From assembly GCF_001194135.2 (NCBI RefSeq), contig NC_068987.1, positions 63,058,233 through 63,122,232 on the forward strand: DNA of 64,000 nucleotides. Reading direction: 5' to 3'. Under the pieces are notes generated by a model that had not been told where the DNA came from, ran no database searches, and was given only the letters and a program-made list of their open reading frames with translations. Of the stretch, positions 12,507 to 24,672 are shown piece by piece (the first letter of the stretch is position 1; the number at the start of each line of letters is the position of its first letter). Origin of the DNA: Octopus bimaculoides (lineage: Eukaryota). A program made the translations under genes and the position numbers.

Positions 12507-13680
12507 CAGGGTGCAGTGAATAAATTGTCTAAACTATGCAGAAATGAAAATAACACTGACATCTCATTTTAACAGATATATTTACCAAAATTACATAAAA
12601 ATATCTTGAAATACTAAAGAGTAAATTTATTCAATAAAATCGCCATTGCCTTCAACCACAGCCTCCTGCAACTTTTCTGGATAGTCTCCTTCTTTAAGTT
12701 GGTGAATGCTGCCTTAATCCTTGCCTTCAGTTCATCTTTAGTGTTACAAGGAGTTTTCTTGGTCTCTCGCTGAACCGCACCCCACACATAATGATCAAGG
12801 GGGTTGCAGTCTGAGGAGTTAGGTGGCCAAATGTTAGGGGTGATATCACAGAAATTGTCTGACAGCTATGATTGAGTTCTTTTGCTTGTATGGCATGGTG
12901 CAGAGTCCTGTTGCCAGATATAGTGTCTTCTAGCAGCCACCATCTTGACCCAGGGCAGTACTACATCCTCCAAGCGCTTGATGTAGGCCTCCACTAGTGA
13001 TCACTCCTAACACCCTGATGTTGACTGGATGTTTGATTTTTATCACTCTCGGTACATGTTTTGGGGACACAGCAAACCAACGGTCCTGTGTGTTCACCAT
13101 CTGATCGTGGAAGAAATTTTTCCAGTTTGAGAAAAACCAAAGCATGTTCGTTTGGAGGGGATGCTTGAGTTTGTTCAAAAGCTTTGTAGCGTGGTCTTAC
13201 CTCTTGTCCTTGATGGCTTGGGATAAAAATTGGCCCTTTCTCATCTTGTATGAGGAATACCAAATATCTTAATGTACTACCTATCTGATAAGAAACTCAG
13301 ACACTCCCATGTCTCTGGCGATGGACCTGATTGACTAGGGGGACTGTTGTCAATCATGGCCTGGATCTCACCAACAAATTCAGGAGTTCTTTTCTTATCA
13401 GAAAGATCAGAGTAAATTTTCTGAGCTGCTGTATCTTTGTAATCACCATTAGACTCATTCAACTCTTTCCAAATCCTCTGCACTGTCCTCAGATGGACAT
13501 CCAAAATACACTAAAATGTTTGTATTGGAGCTTTCAGTGTGAATGCCAAGCAGTACAGCATGTTGTTTCCAAATTTTTGGCAGATTACTTTATGCTTGTG
13601 CTAGAACAACACTGTTGCATGGTAGTGAGACACAGGCCTTGAACACAGAGAACTTGACGAAACTGAAAAGAAATGAATCC
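12507..13680 (-). mobile_element. Decayed Tc1/mariner-superfamily element, maT (DD37D)-like
   Basis: Terminal ta|cagggtg. Fragments LRTVQRIWKELNES..KRTPEFVGEIQAMID, DQMVNTQDRWFAVSPKHVPRVIKIKHPVNIRVLGVITS and WPPNSSDCNPLDHYVWGA..KTPCNTKDELKARIKAAFTNL. The other end is not clear. Confidence 0.75.
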
Positions 13681-13699
13681 AATATGCTCTCTTAGATGT

Positions 13700-13990
13700 G
13701 CAATGTAAGTATGCATGAATGACAGTATAAATGTACTGAGAGAAAAACTAGGCATAAGAGGAATCGGATGTAATGAGCAAGAAAAAGGACTACTCTGGTA
13801 AGGACATGTGATGCATATGGATGAGGACAGTTAAACAAGGTATTGTTGCACACTCAAGGTGGATGGAGCTTGTGGAAAATGGTGACCCAAGAAGACAATA
13901 AAATGAAGTGGTGACAACTGATCTCAGGACTCTGGGCCTCATAGATGACTGGTGATACACGGTTCTTGAAAAGACGTACCTGCCTCAGTG
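13700..13990 (+). mobile_element. RTE LINE 3' remnant
   Basis: RGIGC..QEKGLLW.GHVMHMDED and the G.PKKT motif typical of the RTE ORF end. Confidence 0.6.
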
Positions 13991-14309
13991 AAACAGATTT
14001 CTGAAAGTGCTATATCTGTGTGTGTGTGTGTGTATCCAAATTGAGTGAGTGGAGGAGGTAAAATCCAGGCTACATATGTTTCCTAGCTAGCATATTCTCT
14101 GATGTACTAATTAGTGAATGAGGGATACTCAGCTAGCTATTCACCAGGCCGAAGATACCTTAACTATATGAACGTTACAGTGTTGTTAAGGAATCCCAAC
14201 TCACCAAAGATATAATTTGAAATGAGTGGTGAAGTGCTTGAAGCTTACAAACTTTCTGCATTTAGATCCTTGGATCTTATAATTACACATATATGTATGT
14301 GTGTGTGTA

Positions 14310-15090
14310 TGAACAAATGGATCTTTTGGCCAATCTCCTCCTCAAATCACCCCATTCTCCCCACCTGTCATCTCTCTAACTGCAGCTCTCACTTGATACC
14401 ACTTATTTTTCTTGTTACCTGGAACCATTTCATTTATTATTCATACTTCATATATTAATACTGTTCTCTCCACCCACAATTTACATACTGAGCTCCCCAA
14501 TTATCTTTACTCTTCCACTACCATACATCTCTCTCTCTCTCTCTCTCCATGTGCATTACACCTGCCTCTTTCTCTCCCCCCACCCCACATTCCTGCAACC
14601 CATCCATCTATCTGTCATATCTCTCTCATCTTTCCCCTGCATACTGTATCATCACTCTTATCCTGATACTTCTCCCCCTGCCTCCACTTTCTTCTACACC
14701 CTTATCTACCCTCCAACTCATGCATCGTTTGTTATTCCCCTACAAATTATCCACTATTCACTACATCAAGCTTTCAACCTTATCCAACCTTTACAGATGC
14801 TATCTCCCCTCTTCTCATCCATTCCCCCATTTCTCACTTCACAATTTACTGTTGCAACCTGCCAACCACCCACCTGCCCTTCTACCCTCCTGCATTTGTG
14901 GTTCCCCTATTCCCTCATTTCTACTTACCTTGTACCTTGAGAGGGGGAGGGCACTTGAACACTTCATCACTGCTATTATATCTCTTTCCAACTCCACCTG
15001 ATCATTCTCACCCTCTCTTCTAAATGTGAGTAGTCATATAGTTCCCCTACTGCAAGAAACCTGTTCTGCTTTGATACCTTCTCTCATACT
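14310..15090 (+). mobile_element. Degenerate pyrimidine-rich retroelement remnant, possibly Penelope-like; similar stretches at about 43700-44100 and 60985-61330 on the opposite strand
   Basis: Strand-biased C/T-rich non-tandem sequence with many broken ORFs. Family assignment is tentative. Confidence 0.3.
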
Positions 15091-18000
15091 TTAACATCTG
15101 ATATACTAACATAAAGCGCTCCCACTAACACTGAGGTTCATAGTCTTGCTTAGCTACATGGCAATGTCATTACTGCTGGTAGCATGAAAAAAGCACGCAG
15201 TAAACGCTGTAAAGTGGTTGGTACAAGGAAGGGCATTCAGTTAAAAAACCATGCCAAATCAGACACTGGAGCTGGATGCAGTTCTTGGACCATTAGTTTC
15301 TGTTAAATCATCCAACTCATTCCAGTATGGAACATGGCCACTAAATGAAGAAGGAGGAGGAGGAGGTGGTGGTGGTGGTGGACGGACAGACAGATATCAC
15401 ACCTTTCTGTCTAAAATGGGGAGGATACTTTGGATAATGTAGTCTCAGATAATGTGTATGAAAAAAAGATGGAGTTATCATATGTCAGGTCAAGACCAAT
15501 TTCATCATGAATTCATGGGAAAACATATATGCACACACACACACACACACAATAGGCTTTTTTCAGTTTCCATCTGCCAAATTCATTCACAAGATCTTTG
15601 CTTGGCCTGGTGCGATAATAGAAAACACTTGGCTCATGTGCCACATGGTAGGACTGAAGCAAGGTCAATGTATTTAGGAAGCATACTTCCTAAGCACACA
15701 CCTATACCTACACTTCAATATTTATGAATATTATAATGATAATATTTATGAACCTGTGCACTCCAACTAGCAAGCCCACTCACAAAGCTTGGCCAGCCTG
15801 GGGTTATAGTAGCAGGTACTTATCCAAGGTACCACATTGCAGTACTGAACCTGGAACCATGTAATTGGGAAGCAAATTTCTTATCATACATCCATGCCTG
15901 TGTCTATATATATATATATATGCATAGAGAGAGAGAGAGAAAAGAAAAACAGATGACAAAGGAATAAATGGTTATCTGTTTCTGTTATAAGATCCAGTGA
16001 ACTCATAGTTCTTATAACTTCACTGGAAGCTCTGATGTAATTATAAGGTGTTATTCAGGCACTCAACAATAAGTCCACTGCATCTTATAGCAGAAACAGC
16101 TGTAAGCTAATGAAGTTCATAAGATAATTATTCATTCCTTTGATATCTCTTTTTCTTATTACCACTTTAAATTTGTCTAACACTTTGTTCTGAAACATAT
16201 GTATATTGAGTTCTACACCAGGTTATTGGTCTCACTATGCCCAAGTGAAATATTAAAACAATATATAAATGTATGTATACATATATATAGTAATAATAAC
16301 AATAATCCTTGGATGGAATTTAGAAAAGACATCTATCTCTGGCAATGAGTGAATTTTCAGTGATTGAGTGCTGGATAAAATGCCTTGTAGTATTTGTTCT
16401 GGCTCTCTGCATTCTGAGTTCAATTTTTGCTGAAGTCAGCTTTGTCATTCATTCTTTCTGGGTCAACAAAAAACAGTACCAGTTCAGTTGGTGGATTGAG
16501 ATAACTGTTGGTGCATTAGATTGGATGCCTTGTAGTATCTGTTCCATCTCTGTGCATTCTGAGTTCAAATCTAGTTCTTCTCTCAGGAGTTGGGACTGAC
16601 AGTATCAATAATTTATCAAAAGACATTAGAAACCTAGATTCTTTGGTTTGACTGCTAATATCTCCACATCACTGGCACATAACCATAAATTTAGGGAAAC
16701 ATTTACTGTTAGTTAAATCAACATTAATACTTGACTAAGTACTTTATTTTATTCATCCTGAGAAGTTGAACAGCAAAGTCACATCCAGCAGAAATTGAAC
16801 TCTGAATGTAAAGAAATATAACTAAATGCTTAAAAGCATTTTGTCTGCTGTTTTACTGTTTCTTGAATATGTATCAAGCAAGAATCAGCAAAATCAAATA
16901 AAGACAAAGAGGAGGAAAAGAAAAAGAATAAGACCACCTTGGTATCTATTTGTATGTGACTTCATTTAATACTAAGATTTTAAAAACTTCTGAGTATGTT
17001 TACAAAACTAAGAAATATTTTAACTTATGGATTACAATTTATAGCGAGAAAGTTAAAAAAAAAAACAAACATTATAAAAGGGTAATGCGTTTCTGAAGAA
17101 AAAAAAAGTAATTTATAGTAATGAAAGTGATGACGTCACAAGGGATATAACTCCACTGTGAATGTAGAAGAGTTATATTACTTAAAAGTTCAAGCTATAC
17201 ACAGTACAAAGGAATACTTTTAAATTAAAACCAGTTACTTTTAGATTTTTAACGGCCTGAATGCTTACTCTAAAACTTCATTATGATTCAGATAGTATCC
17301 TGCACATTAATTTCTACTTTGATGCTTGAGAAACGAAGTTACCCGTATAAAAAAAGAAAATAAAAAACAGACACAAGTCCATGAGGCAGGCTCTACGCTA
17401 GGGGTTTGCAAACCAGGATATGCATATCCTTGGGGGTATGTGTATCCCTAGGGGAACACAGGAGCAATTGCATGAGTAAGTGAGGCTTGTAAAAAGACTG
17501 GAATTTTGAAGTAATCACGACTATGTAAATGCTACTATTATGTTTAGAAAATGTGTGGAGAGCCTTTTGTTCTCATCCATTTCCTGTTGTGAATAAGGGT
17601 TTTAAGCAATTTTCATAATCAAAAACGAATTTCATGCAAGTCTTTCAACTGAGAATGATATGTGGGTGTATCTCTCTGGAGCTGCCTAAAACAGAGTCAC
17701 TCATTCAGAAGATCCAAGCTTATTATCCTCATTAAGAAAAAAAGTAACATTGAATTAAATAAAATTATTTCTCACATAAGCACAAGGCCAGAAGTAGGTA
17801 GGGAGGGAATAGCTGGGTATATCAACCCCAATATTGAGATACTTTATTTTATCAGCAATAGAATAATGAACGATAAAGCTGATTGTAGGGGAATTTAAGC
17901 TCATTAAATTAGGTTAAATTAATAACAAAGGCACCAGTGTTGGTGCCATGTAAAAGTGCCCATGCTCATGCCACATAAAAGCGTCCAGTACACTCTGTGA

Positions 18001-19519
18001 AGTAGTTGGCATTAGGAAGAGCATCCAGCTGTAGAGTCCAAGCTAAAATAGACAAACAGAGCACAAGCAGCCCTTGAGCTGGCTAACTACTGTCAAACTG
18101 TCCAACCCATGCCAGCATGGAGAACAGAGATTAAATGATGATGATGATGAGTACATGTCTATTATCTGTTCTATAGTATTCAATCAACCATTTAACATTA
18201 TATTCTTCACGTAGGGTATGCTAACACTTTTGGACATGAGGAAGAGATATGCCAGTAGAAAATGTTAGAGAATCCCATATTGACGCAATCACTTGACCAG
18301 CTAGAAATGGCAGCCAAATCTCCCTCTAATCCCATCCAACCACTAAAAAAAACAAGGAAAGATACATTAGATTGTTTTGCCCAAGATCAGACCAAATAAA
18401 AGGACAATATAGTCATGACTGAAATGCCTCTGATCATAGATCTGTCTGATCAAGTCTGATCTAGGACTAAACAACTGTGTATATAGAGTGCATATTTTAA
18501 GCATGCCAGACAAAATGCTTAGCAGCATTTCATCTGTCTTTATATTCTGAGTTCAAATACCACTGAGATCAACTTTGCCTTTCGTTCTTTAGGGATCAAT
18601 AAAATAAGTACCAGTTAAGCCCTGGGGTCAATGTAATCAACTAGTCCCTCCCACTCAAATTTCAGGCCTTTGGGCTATTGTAAAATTGGATTATATAAAG
18701 ATAACTTATCATGTCAAATATTTGTGGAACAGAGCTTGATAATCTGTCTAACTCTGTCAACTTGACAATAAATTATGAGTTAGATCTGTTGTCATCAAGA
18801 AAACTGATGTCAAATAAAAATAATACATCTTGCTTAGCTGAGTTTTGGATGCATATGTATGTATGCTGCTACGTGTAAAGCGAAAGAGTATTTGTGTGTG
18901 TGTTTCTACAATGTTTTATTTCGTTATCTGAATACTGATTTCTTATACATACACAATGATTAATGTCGAATATTTAAGTGAAGCAGTGTTTGATATTTAA
19001 AGTTAAAATCATTTAAAAGCCAATACAATATGTAAGTGTAAGCATGGCTATATAGTTGAGAAGCTTGCTTCCCAATCATGTCATCTTGGGTTCAGTCCCA
19101 CTGCAAGGAACCCAACTCAAATGTCTTCTACTACAGCTCTGCACCAATCAAAAGCCTTCTGAGTGGCTTTGGTTGATGGAAAGTGAAAGAAACCTGTTGT
19201 ATGTGTGTGTGTGTGTGTGTGTATACATATAAATTTGACATGGGCGATTCTTTCTTGTCTTGGGATTCACGGTCAAATGGCTAGGTGGAATTGCATGAAA
19301 AATTACACATCTTTTGAAGCTTTGTAAAATTTTGTAACTGAAAACTGAATAGAGGTCTGTTGAACACTGTTCTTATTCACAAGTTTTATTATTATTATTA
19401 CTAGTCATCTAACTCCAATTGGTGACACTATGACGTTCCAGAACTCCATAGTATTTTCAAGTAGCTAAAGTGAGTTAATGAATCACCAGTTCTATCAACT
19501 GATAGTAATCCACTAACTT

Positions 19520-19950
19520 ACTTGGTTGACCCAAGACTGGACATTGACTGAAGAGGCTCTTTTGAACAGAATGTGTTGTGTAGTTTCACTGAATGAAGAT
19601 CAATACATCCAACTTCACATATGCTATACTGCTCCCCATGTCTTTGCCATGATCCTGGAGTCCAGGGATTTTTCATCATTGAAGTTAACTCCTCTCTATA
19701 CACACTATTGAATGGCTCTTGACTCTTACAAGTTCCTCTGCTCTTTGACAGGTTTTGTTTTTCATCTCACAAAGTGTCCAAATTACTCTTCTCATTAAGC
19801 AAGCTTGGTGGCATTGACAGTTTAGTTGCTGACAACTTGACCATGTGATAGGTTGTACTGGGTTACATTTTACCAGTAACCATTGGGGGTGATCTGACAT
19901 AAGTGCCAGACATAATTTACTGTTTGATTTAATACCACTATCTGGCAAAG
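19520..19950 (-). mobile_element. Highly decayed Tc1/Tc3-like transposase fragment
   Basis: Frame-hopping similarity: NPVQ..RRVI..MKNK..QRAEEL..FNDEK..IM..TWGA..KLDVLIFIQ. Confidence 0.4.
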
Positions 19951-20594
19951 TCTACTCTATTGTAACTATTCAGGATAAATCTATGGAATGGAGACAACTT
20001 CCTCCTACTAGCCTCTTAGACTCTGCGAAAGAGTAAAGGTTGTTGCTTGTTAATCACTGATCAAGTCAGTTATAAAGAATGATATTCTTTACTGATAATA
20101 CTCCTCCATCCATTACAACTATTGATACCAGAGGCTTTGGTCAGCTAAAGGCAATAGTAGTGGACACTTGTCCAAGGTGCCATGCAGTGGGACTGAACAT
20201 GAAACCATGTAGTTGGAAAGCAAAAGTTTCAACAACACAACCATACCATTCACCCCCACACACACATACTAATTATTACTGGTGGCGCACCAGCATGGCC
20301 GCAGCCTCAAGGCTGAAAGATATAAAAGAATACTCATACATCCACACCTCTCTCTCTCTCTTTCTCTCTCACACACACACATCCACCTCTCTCTCTCACA
20401 CACACACACATGCACGCACGCACACACTTTGAAGGTATTTTTCACTTCTTTTTTAAGACAGTTATTATTTCTTCCTGGTATATAAAATGTTTGCTTCATT
20501 CCTTTATCAATTTCTGCTCAATTTATATATACCAAACTTTTGTGATGTCATCACCTCTTATATATTGTGTGGCTAAACATATTACTAATGTATT

Positions 20595-20812
20595 TATGAG
20601 GGGATGCTGAACAGTTCCTGGCTTTGAGGGTATCATGAAAGGCCTGGCTGGAGGCCCAACCTTCCGAATTCTTTTACAGGGCTTAAAAAAACTGAAGGAC
20701 CGCTACAAGTGTGTGAATCTGAGAGGGGGAATATGTTGAATACACTCATAATCAACTGACCCTTCTGTATTCTCTTTTACCCAAAGGTAGGAACTTCTCA
20801 GCAACCCTCATA
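20595..20812 (+). mobile_element. Non-autonomous mariner deletion derivative (MITE-like)
   Basis: 24-bp TIRs tatgagggatgctgaacagttcct / aggaacttctcagcaaccctcata. The interior keeps a transposase C-terminus (GLKKLKDRY.KCVNLRGEYVE*). Confidence 0.8.
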
Positions 20813-21464
20813 AAAGTGTATAATATGCATTTTATATAGTGTGTACTATTAATTTTGGGGGTTACAAAATATATAATATGCATTAACTTGTCTTTACTAT
20901 TAAGATATATAGAAAAAGATGTGTTTTGTCAGATTTTGTCAAAAATATTGAAAAAATTCAAATGTTTTAAACAAAGCAAAAACCAAATTCAAAAGTGATC
21001 TTTGAACTTCCTAAATGAACACATGGAAGTCCTGTCATCAGCCCTCAATGGGTGTGTGTGTGTGTGAAACATAATCTTGTATATTCTTTGAGCAATTCAA
21101 AAGCTGAAGCCTACCCACTCCTTTTATTTACAAGATCTGCCTGTTCCAAAATGCAAACAAAGTGAGAATAATCTTTATTTGCGGATTATCCAATTATCCA
21201 TTAATTAACAAAAAAAACAAAACAACCTGAATGAAGAGTAAAAGGTTTTTTCTTTTGCATATTTCAGTCGATCCATTGTTGTTCTGTGAGTACAGAGATG
21301 TAATAGGCGTGACAACTTTCTTAGTGTAAACAATTTCATTATCAAATGCTTCTGTTAAAATACTTTTATTAATGAATATTTTCACTCTTTCAATAGAAGC
21401 ATATACAGCAATACTTCACTTTACAAGGAGCTGCTTTATAAGACCCCAAGTTTATGAGTTTTAT

Positions 21465-21720
21465 TTTTCAAGCACAAGATCCAAATTTTGAATGATGTGC
21501 AAAAGTTTCTACTACCATAACAAATGTGTTACTGAGAAATTTACAGAGAGCGAAAAAAGCTTCATCTAAGCAAACAACTCTAAACATTTTTTTAAAAAAG
21601 AAATCTACAAGTCTGTCTATGAGTGCTTGTGAAGTGGTGATTACATCTACAAGTCATGGTGTGCATGAGTCTAGTGTGAGTGAAAGTGATCCAGAAAATG
21701 ATTATAATAATAGTATTTTT
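21465..21720 (+). mobile_element. Tigger/pogo transposase 3' remnant
   Basis: QDPNFE*CAKVS..., R.KKASSKQTTLNIFLKK resembles the pogo/Tigger C-terminus. Confidence 0.55.
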
Positions 21721-21829
21721 TATTCAAAAGAAGTAAGATGGAAAGGAGCTTCAGCTAGGGTCCTCACAGGCAAGGCACATAAGTATAAAGTCTTCTGGAA
21801 ACCAACTGGATCTGCCAATGCCAGATTTT

Positions 21830-22110
21830 GACACAACAATGCCCTATCATACAAACAATGGACTATAAGAACTGTTGTAATTCAAATCATCCATAGTCTG
21901 ATATGATATTTCGGAGTAAAAACTCCTTCTTCAGATATCCCTAGGAATTGATGGAGTCACTGATATAATTGGTTTTGCAACAGCACATTTTTTTTTCGGA
22001 AGCGTCTCAGCAGTGTTCTCAAGAAGCTCCTACCGGAATTCCTCATGAGAAGTGTGTGAGGTCGGCCATGTCTCATTCTTGTGTGTGCTGGCACATCCGT
22101 TAAGATTTAC
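21830..22110 (-). mobile_element. Penelope-like terminal (pLTR-type) fragment with a hammerhead motif
   Basis: Abuts (TA)n at 22110 and contains CTGAAGA..GAAA..ATC closed by a 5-bp stem I (21900-21940). Confidence 0.55.
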
Positions 22111-22139
22111 TATATATATATATATATATATATATAGTA

Positions 22140-22345
22140 AATCCCAAAAAGAACAAACACAAAAAAGCAACAACGCGAGGACGTGGTACATGTAATGTAT
22201 TAGCAGACGCTCAGGAAAGGAAAGAAAGATGGTTTAACGTTTCGAGCAGATGCTCTTCTTTGGAAACAGAGGAAAGTCCAATAGAAAGGAAGAGGGAGGA
22301 AGAAAAAAATCGCCAACGAATCACATGTGGTTACATTTTGAAAAT
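22140..22345 (-). mobile_element. Penelope-like terminal fragment with a degenerate hammerhead motif
   Basis: Flanked by (TA)n and (TG)n; contains GAAGAGC-atct-GCTCGAAACGTT at 22232-22267. Confidence 0.55.
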
Positions 22346-23389
22346 ATATATGTGTGTGTGTGCATGTGTGGGTATATATCTTTCTGTCTCCTTGTTTAGA
22401 TATTGCATGATAGCCATAAACAAGTGGTAATGTCATAATGTCATACAATCAGTTTCATCCATTTTCAGTCTTCTGTGAAAAACATGTCTGACTATGGAGT
22501 AATACAACCACGTAACAACCGGTGTTGGTTCGTATACTTCCTTCGTAACATAGCGGTTCGGCAAAGGCGGTACCCCAGTATTGTCGCAGTTCAATGACGG
22601 AAACATGTAGAAGATGAAAGACATGTCTAAAAGTTATGAAATATTAACACACACTCACACAACTAACACAATGAAATTGAATAGATCTTGCAGTTTGAGG
22701 TTTGGTGCGTCAGCCTTTTATTATTATTGGAGTCATCATTATTACAAATTTTACTTACGAGGCAAAAATGTCAAGATACAAAACAGGATGAACCTTCTAG
22801 ACACTTTCCGAATACGATACAGAAAATAAGAAAATAAATAAAGAATATTATAAAGGATTTAATCAAATACATACAAATATTTACTTTATCTAGATTAAAA
22901 AACAGAAAGATAGAAATAAGGAAATCAACATAGATAACAAAAACTGAAAGCTATTTTGATAACAGAAAACTGAAAACTATTTACTTTGATAAGCTATTTA
23001 CTTTGAAAGCTATTTACTTTGATAAATCAAAAATATTTTGATAATGTATACAGATAAAGAGAGAAGATAATTTAATGTGCCCTATTACGAATCATTAGAG
23101 AAAGACGTATTAGTTGGCAATAAAAAAAAAGTGTACATTTCTTTCAGTTTTGTTTTCTTTTATCTTTCAGTACAGCAGACATGTATCTTGAATGAAAGAA
23201 AAAAGGAAGTTTAATAGCATTAAAATTGTCAGAGTGGCTGTTTTCTGACATACACACATATATATATATACTCCTTGACAAAGAAAAAACGTGAATATTT
23301 TCTTAAAGGATGATTATTATGGAAATCTATTAGCTTGCTGAATAATCATGGGGAAAAAAAACGAACTTAGAGTATAGTGTCCGGGTTGA

Positions 23390-24300
23390 AAATACAAGAT
23401 GAGGAAAAAACGAGAATAAATAGAATTAGGAATGTCTATAATAGTGTAAAATGAGAATTTATATAAGGTGGTTGTATGAAATGAGTGAGAGAATTGGAGA
23501 AAGTGGTTGTTGATGTAAAGAAGAGAGAAAAAAAGAAGACAGAACGTGGAGACAGAAAATGTGGTTGATGATTGTGTAAAAGAGAAAGAAAGGGAGTCAT
23601 GAAATGTGCTGATGTGAAGAGAGTGACAGTTAGAGCGAGCGAGAGAGTGAGTGATAATCAGAAAAGGTAATTGAGGTTGGAGAAAGAGAAAGAGAGAGAT
23701 AAAAATACGGTGGTTGATTGAGGTGACGGAGAGTGAGAGTGTGAGTTAAAAATGGTAGTTGATGAAGTGAGAAAGAGTTAGAGAAAGAGATCAGAGACAG
23801 AGGGGTTGTTGATGTGAGTGAAGGTAACAGAAAGACAGAGTTAGAAAATGTGAGGAATGATAAGAGTGAGTGCGACAGAGAGCGTTAACAATGTGTGTGA
23901 GAGACAAAAAGAAGGAGACAGAGAAGATGGTTGTATAATGTGAGTGAAAGAGAGGAAAAAAAGGGGAAGGAACATAAAATGTACAGGCGCACAAAGATAG
24001 TATAGAAGTAAATGTGCATTAAACAAGTGAAGAAAGAAATACGTGTGTACGAGGAAAAAAGAGAAAAGTATCTATTTTATTTATAAGAAAGAGGACAGTA
24101 AGAGATAAATATAGATAGAAAAATCAGTGAAAGAGTGTGTGTATGTGTGAACGAATGAGAGGGAAAAAGATTGAAAACTAGAGAAATAAATAGAGAATGT
24201 ACGTATGTGTGAGAGTGTATGTGCGTGAGTGAAGAAAGGACAGGAAAAACAATATGCGAGAATACAGAAAGAACTTAGGTTATAGTGGTTGGCGGTGTTG
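23390..24300. repeat. Purine-rich (G/A) low-complexity tract
   Basis: About 900 nt dominated by G and A on the + strand. Confidence 0.8.
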
Positions 24301-24429
24301 AAAGAGTAGGGCAGGTGCTTTTATGAACACGGAGTGCTAACAGAGGAGGAGTTGGCAGTGCTTACTTGTTCTTTAGTTATAGTAGTGACAGTAGCAGTAA
24401 TAGTAGTAGTAGACATTATTCTTGTTATT

Positions 24430-24672
24430 ATTGTTGCCGTGGCGGTTTTTTTCCCTCTCCAAAGCGATCCTTAAACCAACTGGTGTGCTAAGAGATACGA
24501 CATATGTTCTAGATTCCAACACCATACTTTAAAGAAAAAAAGTTAAACTAAAGTGTCAAACAAACAAACGTAAAAAACAAAAGTCATTAAGAACAAAAGC
24601 AGTTTGAAAAACCGAATCCGACAGTTTAGAATAAACTGGTCTCTGGAACGATCAGTTCTTGTCATCTTCCCC
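24430..24672 (+). promoter_or_regulatory. Candidate 5' UTR exon / promoter region, possibly of the HMGB-like gene
   Basis: CpG-containing, A-rich unique sequence ending in a consensus donor cc|GTGAGT at 24673. A second candidate donor, aatc|GTAAGT, lies at 26532. The start coordinate is approximate. Inference only. Confidence 0.25.

Noticed and set aside
16880-16970. KRRKRKRIRPPWYLFVCDF resembles an HMG box A start
   Set aside because: In-frame TAA follows at once, there are no suitable splice sites and it lacks the expected ..WK|gt end; probably chance in A-rich sequence.
19518-19711. Two opposite 61-aa ORFs and a minus-strand GTAAGT donor at about 19520
   Set aside because: Better explained as a decayed Tc1/Tc3-like transposase; no host-protein similarity recognised.
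21194-21385. Minus-strand ORFs (one resembling a mitochondrial targeting peptide)
   Set aside because: Several frames are open on both strands, none is recognisable and no partner exons could be linked; kept only as a weak candidate within the CpG-depleted domain.
22935-23026. Short tandem ctatttactttga(t)aag units
   Set aside because: Three copies of a 16-17 bp AT-rich slippage repeat with no sign of function.
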